Assembly: GCA_024137785.1 (NCBI GenBank)
Contig: JAHRHZ010000070.1
Coordinates: 10,774,117 to 10,838,116 of the forward strand
DNA: 64,000 nt
Direction: 5' to 3'
From: Ginglymostoma cirratum
Lineage: Eukaryota
Under the pieces are notes generated by a model, which was given only the letters and a program-made list of their open reading frames with translations, was not told where the DNA came from and ran no database searches. This document shows positions 1-12,690 of this stretch, in pieces (the stretch's first letter is position 1; each line of letters starts with the position of its first letter). The position numbers and the translations under genes were made by a program.

Positions 1-313
1 TAGATACATAGAATCCCTACAGAGAGGAAGCAGGCCATTCAGCCTATCGGGTCCAAGCTGATCATCCAAAGGGCCCTAGCCAGACCCACCTCCTACCCTA
101 TCCACCCTAGACTCTATTGCAATTTAGCATAGCCAATCCACCTAACCTGCACATTCTCAGACTGTGGAAGGAAACTGGAGCACCCAGAGGAAACCCACAC
201 AAACATAGGGAGAATCTGCAAACTCCACACAGACATTCGCCCAAAGCTGGACTCGAATCCGGGTCCCTGGTGCTGTGAGGAAGCAGTGCTAGCCGCTGAG
301 CAACCACGCTGCC
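1..313 (-). mobile_element. tRNA-derived V-SINE (HE1-like) with CR1-type tail
   Basis: Reverse strand: A-box GTGGTTGCTCAGCGG, B-box GGATTCGAGTCC, V-domain TGTGTGGAGTTTGCAGATTCTCCCTATGTTTGTGTGGGTTTCCTCTGGGTGCTCCAGTTTC, and a tail ending GGATTCTATGTATCTA. Confidence 0.85.
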
Positions 314-783
314 AGTTGCCAATTCTTGATGATGAGAAGTTGGGTGAATAGAAATTCAGATAATGTCAATAAATTTCACCTCTTACAAAGCATGATTGAA
401 AATGGCGCCTCATGGTGATCAGCTATTTCAACCTCAGTCATGGAGAATGCAAGTTCACTTTGTTGACAGAGAGGCCTGCTGCTGGCACCTGGTTCTACTA
501 GGGTCTTCTCTGGGTAGGTTTGCTGCCATCAACCCTTTTCTCAAAGCAAGTCGACAAAACTTAGTAGTATTAAGTGGTGAAGGATTAACTCCAATAAATC
601 TTCAGTCACACATACTTAAATTAACAAGAAGTTGTTTATTACTTAATAGTAAGGTAACAGGTAGTGTTAATGTAAAACTGGCTACATTAACATTAGATAA
701 GTAACACTGGTGACTCATGCAAGATAACAATTTCATCTATGCCACATGGCTGTTGACTGAGGAATGGACTAATCACTAACAAC

Positions 784-1397
784 TGTGATGTAAGGCATGT
801 GATTTATCTACATTTTAATATCATTTATTTTGAGTTTGGATTTGAGATGGTGGCATGTGGAGCTTGCTGTGTGTGTGAATGATTAACATGTAGGTATTTC
901 TTATTGAAGCTTAGAAAGTCTAAGGTCTATTGAATGAATGGTTAAAGGGGAGTCTATCAAATTCTCAAGAGGGGGGATTTGAAGCCACAGCCAATTTATG
1001 ATAGAGATGGCTTAAAAGGGTTAACTTGAAAGACTTGAAATAGTTCTGCCCAATGATTTATAAATGACAGTCTCTGGGAGGAGCTCGTCTGTTCTATCTG
1101 GCTAACTGGATAGCGAAAGGAATTCTCTCTCTGAGGTGAAGGAGTATTTGTGGGATTAATGGATATGCTGCATGTTTCAAATCTTCAAACTTGTGTTATG
1201 TAACTAATTTGGTTTATTCCATTTATCTTGAGTTCTTTTACATAATAAACTTCTGTTGTTAAGACCAAATTATTTATTGCTTGTGTCACAACAAAAACAC
1301 ACCTCATCAAAACAAAATAATCAAAACATGATCTATTAAACCAGGTTTCATTCTGGGATTTGATTGTCCAGGATTAACATTAACTAGGATTATAACT
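784..1397 (+). repeat. Possible decayed solo LTR
   Basis: Begins TGTGAT and ends ...ATTATAAC, with an internal AATAAA at about 1244. No TSD seen. Confidence 0.25.
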
Positions 1398-1750
1398 CAA
1401 CAAACTGAACAGACAGTTAGAACAGACTAATTCCTCCGAGAGACTGCCATTTATAAATCATTGGGCAGAACTATTTCAAGACTTTCAAGTTAACTCTTTA
1501 AGCAATCTCCCATCAACTCGACCGACCACCCCTCCCCACTTATTTGCCCATTTTCCAAATACTTAAACAAGAAAATCAAGTTTGCCACCCCACTTCTGCA
1601 CCAATTAAATACATGGTCCAACTCCTGAGTAACTATTAAACTGACCCTATACTTAGCTCACACACCACCAATTACACCAAACCCAGACCTGGTTCTGATT
1701 GATTTAAGATTTTAAGAAAGGCTGCTGTGCTGCTGGAGATTTTCCAGTCC

Positions 1751-2371
1751 AAACTGACTGTTCAGAAATGATATGATAAACCTGTGGTGCAGATGGAACT
1801 TGAACCAAAGTTTCCTGACCCAGAGGTAGGGAAATGACCTTTGCGCCATAACAGTTCACCCACTCACTGTATGTTGGTTCTTTGCAGATTTTTTTCCTAA
1901 TCAACCTGTTCAGAGGTGGTATTGCCTCTGGATCAGATACACCTTGAACCCAGACCTTCTGGTGCAGGGATAAAGACATTACCACTGCATCACAAGAGCC
2001 CTAAATCGGAAAGTCTCATTGTCGTCTGGCTTGCTGATCTTTATTTAAAACTGCCGTATTCTTAAATAATAGCTCATTAGTTTTCAAGATTTTTCTTTCC
2101 TCTTCTCTTCAGATGGCTGTGGATTCTTTGTCCCAATAACAATTTCCTCACATTCAAAGATTGTGCATGATGGTGTAGTGGTGCCTTCAGCTGGCACCTA
2201 GTTCTAGGATGATCTTTGGGTACATTTGCTGCCAACAAAGTCCTCCTTGTAGATATTTTTAATCTACTTGTTCTCAGATATATTATGACACACCTGCCAG
2301 AACAAGTGGGGCTTGAACCTAGACCACCTACTTCAGACATACGAACATTACCACAGCACCACAAGAGCCCT
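1751..2371 (-). mobile_element. Cluster of three ~110-120 bp tRNA-head SINE copies (about 1751-1855, 1886-2002, 2251-2371)
   Basis: Copies share the consensus AGGGCTCTTGTGGTGCAGTGGT...GGTTCAAG...CTGAACAGGTTGATTAG. The same family occurs at 44110-44704 on the + strand. Confidence 0.7.
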
Positions 2372-3869
2372 CAAACCCTTCTGTAATACCAGTCTGCGGG
2401 GGTGGCTAGTATTAAGTGGTTAAGGACTAACCATTAAGGCGGGGCGAGGGGGGTGTGTTTTAACACTACTACACAAGGTAAATTTCAACAATGGATCTAT
2501 TGCATAATAAAGGAATTAGCATAACTCATTCAATAATTGTGATATCTTAGGTGCTTAATCAAAAGAACAAAAATATAATTAATGGGCAAATAAAATGTTG
2601 AGATTTTTCTCAACTAAATCCCAACGGTATTTGGGTTACGTGCGAATTGTCTTGCAAAGCAATCATGGAAGTTAAGCAAAGAAAAATATACCCATTTAAT
2701 GTACTGTAATTTGACACAGTCTTATGGATCAAGGAAACTTCTTGAGTCCAGAATACAAAATATGTACCCAATTTGTACGAATTCACTACAAACAATTCTT
2801 TCTAATTTAATACCCATAGTTATAAAAGTTGAACGGGTCCGGGGCAGATGACAGATTTCCATGAAGAACCCAAGGAAGGCCCTACAGACTTTAGGAAAAT
2901 ACAAACAGGAGGTCTGTGACCGAGGTGACAAGAACTATGTCACTTTTTTTTCTGAAAAGCAACGGAATGAAACACATACAGATACTTTCTGCCCAGAAGC
3001 AATTTGGTTTCCATTGCTATGATGTTAGTCCCTGGTACTGAGAGAAAATCTCTCGTTAAAATTGCCTTATTTTCAGATCATGCCTCTAAATAGGTTGATT
3101 GCTTCCATGGATACTTATGTGCTTAATATGAAATTCTTATTATGAAAATATCAGATGGATATGAACATACAAACAGGATGGTGGCAAATTTACTGACTGA
3201 CTTCCATGTATCCAAGTTGCATTGTGCATCCCAGTGGATTTCAGATTTCACATATGATAATGTCAAGAGCAGTGTTCTGAATTTAAGGAGACTTCAATGG
3301 TATTCTAACAATGAATAATCATGACATATTCCTAGTTAACGCCACAACTAATCTACCACTTACAGAAAGAAGATGAGTTCAATTAATATCTGGAAAATCA
3401 AAAATCAATCTTTTGCAATCTATGTATAACTGAAAAAGCTGCTGTGATTCCCAGCTGACGATGATCTTTGAGAGACATTACAAAGAGTTGATATAACTTG
3501 CAGGTAAGCTAGAAAATATCTTGGAAGAATGTTTACATATCGCTAAGGATGTAAAGTCATTAATCATTGATATTCTTATGCTCACGGTGGATAACATCCT
3601 AAAAACATGGGTAGGATGCAACTTCGGAATTTTGAAATAATGGTGGCATCGGTCCTCTTGTAAAACTCCACTGTATTACTAAGATTGTAAACCAGTCAGT
3701 ATTAGTTAACAAAGCAACTAGCCTTTATCAGTTTCTCCAGAAAAACAAAAGGTGGCAAAGTTAACCTGTAGGTTAAAAAGGAGCTCATAAAATTACGATT
3801 ATTCTGAGAAATGCACTGAGAAATACTGTTTTTGTTCATCCATTATATTCTTAAAACTGTGGTGGTCAG

Positions 3870-5140
3870 AGACCAATCAAAAGAGAGCCATGAAGTTTGT
3901 CGCCATCCTTCACCTGCTCCATGATGACGTGGGAGTTGTGGTAATGACAAAAGGCGCCATCACAGACACATTTCCAATTTGGATCAGTGTCAAGCAGAGA
4001 TGCAACATCACCCCAACACTGTTCTTGAACTACCTCACTGCAGTGCTTCACCGCACCGCCAACAAGCCCCCCGTTGGAGTGGAACTAACTTAAAGAACCG
4101 GCGGGATATTATTCAACCTCCACCACCTTCAAGCCAAAACCAGAGTCACCCCAACCAGTGTCAGTGTCAGTGAGGTGTAGTCCGCAGATGATGCTTGCAT
4201 ATGTGCAATCTCAGAGGATGCATTCCAGACCACCTTTACGGAGGCATACAAGAGCACACCCTGAGCATCTGCAAGACGGAGGTCCTCTAACAACCTGGCC
4301 TGGCATTGTGGAGCGAGCACTTAATCATCGAGGTCCACAGAGAAGCCTTAGAGAACCTCTGCCCTATCGGCTAAACCAGCCATTTGATGAAGAGAGATCC
4401 AGCACCACCTCCGGTGTGCTAGCACAGCCTTTGGCTGCCTGAGAAAAAGGATGTTCAAGGACAACATCAGATCTGACACCAAGACCATGGTTTACAGAGC
4501 TGTGCTGGTTCCCACCCTCCTACATGTCTCTGAGACGTTGACTGTCTACAGCAGACATCACAAGGAGTTGCAGCAGTACCAGCACCGCTACCTGAGCGAG
4601 ATCCCGTGAATCGGCTGGGATGAAAGACGCACCAACACCAGGGTCCTTCACCAGGCCAACATCCCCAATATTGAGGCAGTGACCACCCTCATCACCCACA
4701 ATGGGTTCAGCACAACGTCCGCATGACTGACACGAGACTCCTCAAGCAGGTGCTCTACTCCCAGCTTCGAGAAGGCAGGCAAGCCCAAGGTGGACAGAGG
4801 AAGTGCTTCAGTGATACCTTTAAGGTCTCACTAGCGAACTGTGGCATTCCTACAGACACCTAGGAATCACTGGCCCAAGTCTGTCCAAAATGGGGGAACA
4901 GCATCTGGGAAGGCACCGAGCACCTCAAGACTTGCCATCAGGAAAATGCGGAAGCCAGGCGAAAATAGCAAAAGAAGCACGCTGCCACACCAATGCTCCA
5001 TCTACCCTTTCCTGCAACCACCTTCTGCCCCAAGTGCAACAGAGCCTGCGGAAGCTGCATCGATCTGTACAGCCACCTACAAACTCACTCTGAGAGCGGA
5101 AGAGAGTCATCCTAGTCTGTGAAGGACTGCCAATGAAAAG
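3870..5140 (+). mobile_element. RTE-clade LINE, decayed 3' portion
   Basis: Frameshifted RT remnants KFVAILHLLHDD...VKQRCNITPTLFLNYL and SADDA, a C-terminal CPKCNRAC...YSHLQTH zinc-finger-like motif, and a short 3' UTR ending GAAGGACTGCCAATGA. Confidence 0.8.
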
Positions 5141-7689
5141 ACAGCCCAAAAATAATGCTTTGTGACAGCAAAAGTAGTATCATCTAAATTAAACGCCTCA
5201 TAACTAATGTAAGGTTCAGACAACTATTGTGTCAAGAAAAAAACACAGTACTGAAGTGCATTATCAACTGGTTCATCTCCAAATATCTTTGATGACTTAA
5301 TTATTTATAATGGAACCAACAAGACCTATTCCATTAGACACCATAGGGTCCCAAAGGCTCAAACTGCCCTAACATAGGCCATCAATAACGGTACACATTT
5401 TAGAAATATTCTTGACTTCTATGATTACACTAGATACGAGTATGATCAGCATTTTATCACTTCCTCCTTTCTTATGCCCAGAACTCCTGCATGAAGATCA
5501 AGTACAAGTGCATATTAAACCTGGGCAAATGTATAATACAACAGTTTTACCAAAGAGATGTTTTTGGATGCTAGAGTAACATGCCATCCCCACTTTTTAA
5601 ATTGCTATTTGCCATCTTTTTTGCATTTCTCTACATTACTATGGCTCCATGTCATCTAAAACTAGCTACAATCTACGCAAGAGACAAATCTGCTCATTTT
5701 CTGTTTCCCCATTTTCATCCCACAATGCCAAAGGCAGCTGCAAACAAGTAATGTCTTTATAGGTGCCAAACAAGTTAGACTTGGAAATGATTAACCAGAG
5801 CTACAGAGAAAGTGATTAGTCACTGTGACCAGGCAAACAGAAATGATAATTTTTCTCATTTGATCTATGCAGAGATCGGCTTTACACTGATTTGGTTTGA
5901 TTATTCTGAAATTGCCAGCTGTAGGAGGTGGGAAAGAAAGACAGCATAAACTTGCAAGTTCTCACCAGCTCAATGCTATGAATGAGTGGAGACTGCAGTT
6001 GAGTTTCATGCAATTGTTACAGTTCATAAAAGCTCTGAGCTGGGATAACATCTCTAAGATTTTTTTCAAAAAGGCATGTGACTCATGAGCTCAATATAAC
6101 ATGCCACCCCCTCTACGCATGATAGACCGTATCAATTAATGAAGCCTCATGTCAATTCCCTAACAAACTGGCAGTAGTATCTTCAGTATTAAATAAAACC
6201 ATCAGCTCTGAACAGCCCTGTTCATTGATCTGATATTTATTCAAATGACTGCTAAAACCCAAACTTTCAATTAGTTTTCATGAATTAAAAAGAAAATAAT
6301 CAGTGTTTTGGATGAAGATTAGTTAGGTACCTGTAGTAAATCACTCTAATTTATCTAGTATACAATGCAGATGGTAGCAATGGAGTCAAAGTGGTAGAAT
6401 ACCATTACCTCTTCGACAAATAAAATATGGGCTAAAATTTCCCAGCCTCATAGTATAAAGGCTTGATGTATAGCTGCTGATGGGAACTTTCCCGGGTGGG
6501 CTGGATAACAGATCGGCTGCCTGCTCGTTCGAAGCAAGTAACCAAATAACATTGTTAAAGAAACAGTTCAGGGGCAATTTTATGGCCCCTGCCATTTTCC
6601 TGACAGCAAGAATATAGGTAGCATCTTGTCAGCTCAATGGAGGTTGCCTCTGTGGCATGCTAGGGTGGAGCGATGGTAGCAGCAGCTATCAGAACTGGCA
6701 ACTCAATGTCACAAGGAAGAAGTTGCATTTAGGAAAGGTTGTAATCATGTCCAACACTGATCCAAAGAAGGTGTTCTTCTCCAACTCAACTACCTTATGG
6801 ATCTAAATGCCACCTTTTCAACGCTCGATGTACAGCCCAGAGAGAGGTGCCTAATGTTGAGATGTCTTTGCAGTCCCCAATTTGCCTTAGCAGCATTCAG
6901 CACTCCCCGCAGGGCTACCGGGGCTATAGAGCATCTGGCTTCTGTTTGGGCTATCTGCCTAATGTATGTTATGACTAGTTGGCCTGAGTTCTAGATGATA
7001 TTTAAACAATCCTAGAGACTCAGCCAATAGTTATGAGGTCCTCAAGTAAAGTTGCAATACTTTACAAATCAACACAGACATTTATTGAAAAATAAGTAGT
7101 ATCTGTGGCTAAAATAAGTAGAATAGTTTAGAACTATGACACTGATTTGAGAAGAATATAGTATACAACTGCAAATTAAGTTGAAATACATATATACACA
7201 GAGCTGTTTTTGAACAACGAGAAGTCTTGTCTTGCATTAACGAAACTCAACATGTAGCAAGTTGCTTGCAAGGTGAAACCAGTATTTTTCAGAACAGATT
7301 ATCCTGGCGTCAGAAATATAAGAACAGATGAACACTGAGCACCCAGCTCCTTGCTGTAGTAACAGTGATTGTTCATCTTCTCAGAATTTGTCAAAAGTAT
7401 CACATTCTGAATGTCAAGTGCAGCACTTAAACATACTGTCCTTTTGAGACTTGAGCTTTAAATAAATAGTTACCAAATCAGTCATATCCAAAGAAACTTA
7501 TCCTAAAAAAGTTGTTACAGAAGCATATTTAACAGTAGTGCTAGATGCCGTGGTAGGATTCCAATAACATCATACAAGCTAACATTGGGTCTGGTCCTAT
7601 TGGGACACCAATAAGATTGATGAATCCTGAAATCCATGGTATAGCTATGATCAGCTATCTTGCAGCAACATTATAAATAAGAGATAACA

Positions 7690-8212
7690 TATAGACCATT
7701 CAGCCCTTCAAGACTGCTCCGCCACTCAATATCTTCGCGACTGACCATCCAATTCACTACCTGTTCCTGCTTTCTGTCCATATTCTTTGATCAGTTTGGT
7801 CCTAAGAACTAACATCTACACCTTTCTTGAAAGCCTTCAATGTTTTGGCCTTAACAGTACCCTGTGGCAGAGAATTCCACAGACTCACCATTCTCTGGGT
7901 GAACAAATTTCTCCTCATCTCCGTCCTAAAAGGCCTACTCCATATCCTTAGAGTGTGACCCCTGGTTCTGGATTCCCTAGTCATCGGGAACATCCTTCCT
8001 GCATCGACCCCGTCTAATCCTGTTAGAACTTTATAAATTTCCATAAGATCCTCACTCATTCTTCTAAACTCTAGTGAATAGAGTCCTAATCGATCCAGTC
8101 CTTCCCTGTACATCAGTCCCACCATCCCAGGAATCAGTCTGGTAAACCTTCTTTGCATTCCCTCAATAGCCAGAACATCCTTCCTCAGATCGGAAAACAA
8201 AACTGCACACAA
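7690..8212 (-). mobile_element. CR1 LINE 3' fragment
   Basis: ORF 7802..8257 contains RKDVLAIEGMQRRFTRLIPGM...LGLYSLEFRRM...FTQRMVSLWNSLP, the CR1 ORF2 C-terminus. Confidence 0.9.
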
Positions 8213-8771
8213 TGAATATTTGTAGTTAGTATAAATGCAATTAACAATAGAGCACATATAAATATTTTCCTCCCAGTGTAAAATCTAGACTACTTGATTT
8301 CTCCCTTTGTTAAGAACCTTCCTTGGAGCCAATGGGAAATTTTGATGGGAAAATGCAACTTCTCCCTGAGTCAAAAATAATTTATTCTATATTTACTCCC
8401 AACTTTACCTTTTAAAAATTAAAGCTGGATTGAGAGCGCTTGACCAGGTGCATGGCTGAGCTTTAAAGATGGCGCCGGTGCCAGGAATCCCAGGAGGTCC
8501 TGGCAGTGGCCAGTACGTCTGCCTGCAGTGAGTAGGAGAATATGATGAGTGGGGTGCATAGAAATGTAGTGCACAGTTAATGAAGTGAGTGGGGGAAGAT
8601 AGTGCAAGAAAACTGGCTGCAGGTCTGAGAGAGAAACACCCATGAAACTCGCCAAAAGTGATACTTAGCTGAATTCTGTTAAGATTCAGCCTGATGCGTC
8701 TTTTTTCAGCAATACTCAAGGTCTGTACTACTAAATGACTGTGTGAACAAAGTTGAGTATATTATAAATTT

Positions 8772-8793
8772 TATATATATATATATATATATA
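8772..8793. repeat. (TA)n microsatellite
   Basis: About 11 TA units read directly. Confidence 0.9.
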
Positions 8794-9830
8794 GTTCATT
8801 TCACATTTAAACTTTCTAGTAGTTTTCTTTACGTATGTCTCAGATACAACTTAAGAGTACAAACATCCAGAAAAGTATACTTCAAACCATTCAGAGGGAG
8901 TCTAAAGATGAGTAGAAGTTAATAGAGTCACAGAAGTTAGTTCACTTTCATCTTCCACATTCTATGTTATTTTAACAGTCCTTAAATAAAATATTTTGTT
9001 CCAAGTCCGGTTCTGGTTCTGCCCTCGTCATCTGTTTAATCGTGAACATTCACTAATATGGCATACTGAGATGGCAACATACACAGATCCAGAAAATCCG
9101 ATGAGTTAGGAATAAAGAGAATAAATCATCTTTTATGGTACAGCACAGTGATATATTGTATATCCAGAACACGAGAGAGTCATTTTTATCTCAAATGAAG
9201 TTTAAACCTTATATAGAGTTATGCAATGTTTTAAACATTTTTGTAAATTGAAACAAAATATAATGTTATTATTTCACATATACAACAGTTCAAGATATAT
9301 GCTGTATTCATAAGAACACACCATCTATTTTAAAATTGAACTACGTTTATCCCGATTCATTTCATACTCAGACATCAAAAAATGGTTAGCACTTAGTTTA
9401 TGTGCAGTCTTAGATTTTCCAACTGTATCAGAGTTGAAAATAAATTTAAATTATTGTAAATATAAGTACATTTAAGTCTTTCATTGTGCTAATCTTTTAG
9501 AATATACCCTTGTTATAATTCTGACTTTGTAACACAAGAATGAAGACAATTACTTTCACACGCCTATAGTTCAGACATATTAAACGTTTTAATTTTTTTA
9601 TACCAGTTAAACTTTTGTTTTGCTTGTTGCTGACTCTTGAACGTTTTTGTGTCATAAACATTACCAGCTAATATGCATAACAGAATATAACAATAGGCAA
9701 GAAATTCTGTATGCTGAATTTCATCATGAAACTAATTTTAAAGCATACGGTTACGTGAATCCACATGTGCAATTTGCAACACTGGTCACTGTTCTAGAAT
9801 TCATTTCATTAATCAAATGAAATACCTCAC

Positions 9831-9955
9831 CTGGAGTGAAAGATCCCGTGCTTGTCTGAACATTTCTAAGTCCTCCTCTGTCACATTGTCCTGGTGGAAA
9901 GCTACACCTCCATCTGCACTATCCTTTTTGATACTTTTCATAAGTTCTTCATTGT
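9831..9955 (-). CDS. kat6b: kat6b coding exon (125 bp): (D)NEELMKSIKKDSADGGVAFHQDNVTEEDLEMFRQARDLSLQ; not in the ORF track
   Basis: Acceptor ctgcag|AC and donor CAG|gtgagg. VTEEDLEMFRQA matches the helix just before the MYST domain (human VTEEDLDVFKQA, from memory); phases 1 to 0. Confidence 0.9.
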
Positions 9956-10668
9956 CTGCAGTTCACCAAAGCAACACAGGAAGAATATTCATGTCCATGA
10001 GCAAGTTTGACTATCATATGAATGCTCCATTAAAAGGTCCATAACATGACCGCAACTTATTCTGCTGCTTTATTACTTGGGGGAGGTAAATTAGCATTCT
10101 TCATCTAACAATTTAAATACTAATAGTCACATGCAATGAAGGCAGGTAACCGGCACAAAGTAATTCAACAACAGTATTTACTTTGTCCAGCATGGTTGAT
10201 ATTAGTGTATGCAAAGAAATAAAGGAGGAAAAGAATGGAGTAAAATGTAGAATAGAAATATCTACAGCTAACACATCTGCCAGTTCTCACTGTCAACACT
10301 GGAAGCAAACGAACAATCACAATGGTTGCGTCACAGTTCGAAAATGACTAGTAAGGTGAGAGAACAATGTGGCAATTTGGATGGCCATGCAATTCTACAA
10401 TGTTGTAATTAGTGCTATGCAGGCATTGGGACTTTTAGTACTACAACAGATGCAAATTAAACAAGATGTTTGATCTGTGATGCAAGTGTGTTTGAAAAAA
10501 AGTGTTAAGATATTTAGTTAGCATCAGAAAAGGGGACAAAATATTTTCTTTGTTTACATTCCTACACAGCAAAGGAGGATCAAGAGAAGAAGCTAAGGGC
10601 TATGTGATAAGTAGAGAAAACTTTCACTGTACAGGACGCAGGTTGGTTTGGTTTGGACCTTTGCTTAC

Positions 10669-11537
10669 CATTGTCCCGATCTTGTTTAATCCTTCCGTGT
10701 GCCATGCTCCCCATCCCTGCTGAGGGGGTCCCCATTTGAGGGGTCAATCTGCCTAATATTTTGTGCTTTACAAAGAAGGAAGTTTGTCTGAAATAAGTAA
10801 ATGATTTTAATGAGCGTGTCCTGGAAGCCCTCCATCGAGGAGAAAAGGCAGGGAACATGAAGTTACAATTACCTTTCTTTTGTCCAAAAGGAGGGTAGAT
10901 TTTTGATGTGGGAACCAATTCAGGCTTCTGCTGCATATGCCTAGGTATTGCATAATTGGAATTCCCCTTTTTACGAGACTTTCTGTGAATGGTATAAATA
11001 TGAGATAGCCCATCAAAGAGTCCCTTTATATGGTTGCTGTTAGGAAGTTTACTATGAGAGAGAACACTTGATTGGCTGTAAGAACTTTGAAAGGAATTAG
11101 CAGAAGTGGAGGTGCCAGATTTGAGAGAGTTGGAACTCTGACTAGAAAGTGAGTATTGACAGAATGGGGTTAACTTTTGAGCAATACCTGTAGACCATGT
11201 TCTGGAGTTACAAGTATGTGACTGATTCAAAGTGCAGTTTTTTTTCAACAAATAGCATTTTGAAAAGTCTATTATTTCACCTGGTGCCTTTCGACCATCA
11301 GGTGAAGGTGTAAAAAATTTAGTTAGGCCATCAATAAGGCCATAAGTTGTTTGGTTAACTGTGAGTTTGGTAGTACCAGCCATGGTTGGGTCTGTACGAA
11401 CCAATCTGCTGCTAGAATCTTTCAGAGCTGTAGCATGATGAGATGAAGGTGTGGTAGAGATTTTAGTCTTGTGACCCCTACCAGGTGACCCCCTTCCCGT
11501 GTCCATTGTCATAGATCCTTCATCATTGTCTGCAGAT
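10669..11537 (-). CDS. kat6b: kat6b large Ser-rich linker exon (869 bp): [19 protein letters not shown]...[18 protein letters not shown]...GRIKQDRDN
   Basis: Acceptor ttccacag|A and donor G|gtaagc, open throughout (within ORF 10580..11686). Phases 2 to 1. Contains the [17 protein letters not shown] motif of KAT6A/B. Confidence 0.92.
11182..11190 (-). promoter_or_regulatory. Candidate internal alternative 5' splice donor 2 in the large kat6b exon (CAG|GTATTG, cut 11188/11187)
   Basis: Phase-1 GT at WST-G. Position corresponds to the breakpoint of the intermediate human isoform (LAT-G) as I recall it. Confidence 0.6.
11476..11484 (-). promoter_or_regulatory. Candidate internal alternative 5' splice donor 1 in the large kat6b exon (CTG|GTAGGG, cut 11482/11481)
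   Basis: Phase-1 GT at GSP-G, the same phase as the terminal donor. Position corresponds to the breakpoint of the shortest human MORF isoform as I recall it. Confidence 0.6.
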
Positions 11538-12299
11538 CTGTGGAAAAGGACAAAACATAACATTACTACTAAAGAAAGAATATACAACATTTCTAGGGGC
11601 ATTTCTGAAATTGGAAATACATATAGAAGAGAAAAACAAATGGGAAGGAAAATCGGATGCCCAAGTGAAGAATTCACAACCTTCATTGTATGATTGCATT
11701 TCTACTTGCTCCATGTCAGTTGGGGTTATTTCCACCATAATCATTTATATTCCCACATCTCATACCATTCTCCATTAAAAGGGGTAAAGCAACTAAATTG
11801 GTTCTAGGTCACTGCTGGTGTAATTAAACACTACAAAATGAGTAAGGTTTTTAGATAGACATATCCTCCCTCAAGGAAATGCCCTTCACTAATCATGTAA
11901 CCCCTCCAAACAGGTTGGCAAAAATTTAGAAATCATGGAACTTATAAATGCAAAACTGCGTTCTACTTTGTGACAGTGTGCACCGACTTAACAATAAGCA
12001 ATGTTACTAAAAACAAGCTACAATGTGGGCTATGTTACCATCTGTCATCAGCAGATAATTTATTCAACAAATATAAAAGGAAACCTTTAACAAGTTATCT
12101 AAATTGATATCTTTACAATTGTTCTTTCGTTCCTTGTGGAACTATCTTTTGAGCATTTTACATTAAATCACCCAAGAGCCTTTGGAATACACAACTTAAT
12201 TTCAGTACGATTTACAAATGCCAGTATTATGTTATGAAGTTAATCAAGTGCCTCGTACAATTAATTACTTATGATAACATGACTGTGCTGATGGATATT

Positions 12300-12690
12300 G
12301 GCAGATATCTATTACATATTCTTCATACAAACATTTGAACAAGTGCCTCATGAGGGACTGTACTGAAACAGTCAGCTCCTGTAAGTAGAAGTGAAGTAGG
12401 AATATTAACTGAAAAAGAAATAGTGAATAAAATCCTAAATATAGTTAATTATTCAAACTGACAGAATTAATCACATGCTTTGAAGTACATACCCTTAGAT
12501 TACACTTAAAACCAGATACAACAGATAATTATTAAACTAAATTTACATGCCACAAATACACAGAAGACGTGTGTCAAAAAAAGGGCATAATTTTCATAAA
12601 AATTTTGATAATCTTTACAAAGTCTGCAATTGCAACACTGAATTTAACACGCCTAAATGAAAAATGAAGTAGATTTGGGATAGCAAAACA
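12300..12690 (+). mobile_element. Highly decayed CR1-like RT remnant
   Basis: Residual similarity to the DVVYLDFQKAFDKVPH and QMEFN..KCEV.HFG coding regions of the other CR1 copies in this window. Confidence 0.35.

Noticed and set aside
240-313. tRNA genes (also at about 53050-53126, 44203 and 60118)
   Set aside because: The A/B boxes continue into SINE bodies, and I could not form a complete cloverleaf.
1-9830. Next kat6b exon (start of MYST domain, ...IEFGKYEIQTWYSSPYP)
   Set aside because: I scanned the reverse strand by eye and did not find it. It probably lies beyond the window, though a manual miss is possible.
9820-9830. Second GT (gtattt) 5 nt downstream of the 125-bp exon donor
   Set aside because: Out of frame and weaker than CAG|gtgagg; no evidence of use.
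10580-11686. 368-aa ORF as a standalone membrane protein (hydrophobic N-terminus)
   Set aside because: Only 10669-11537 is exonic. The hydrophobic N-terminus is a translated polypyrimidine tract and the C-terminus runs past a strong GTAAGC donor.
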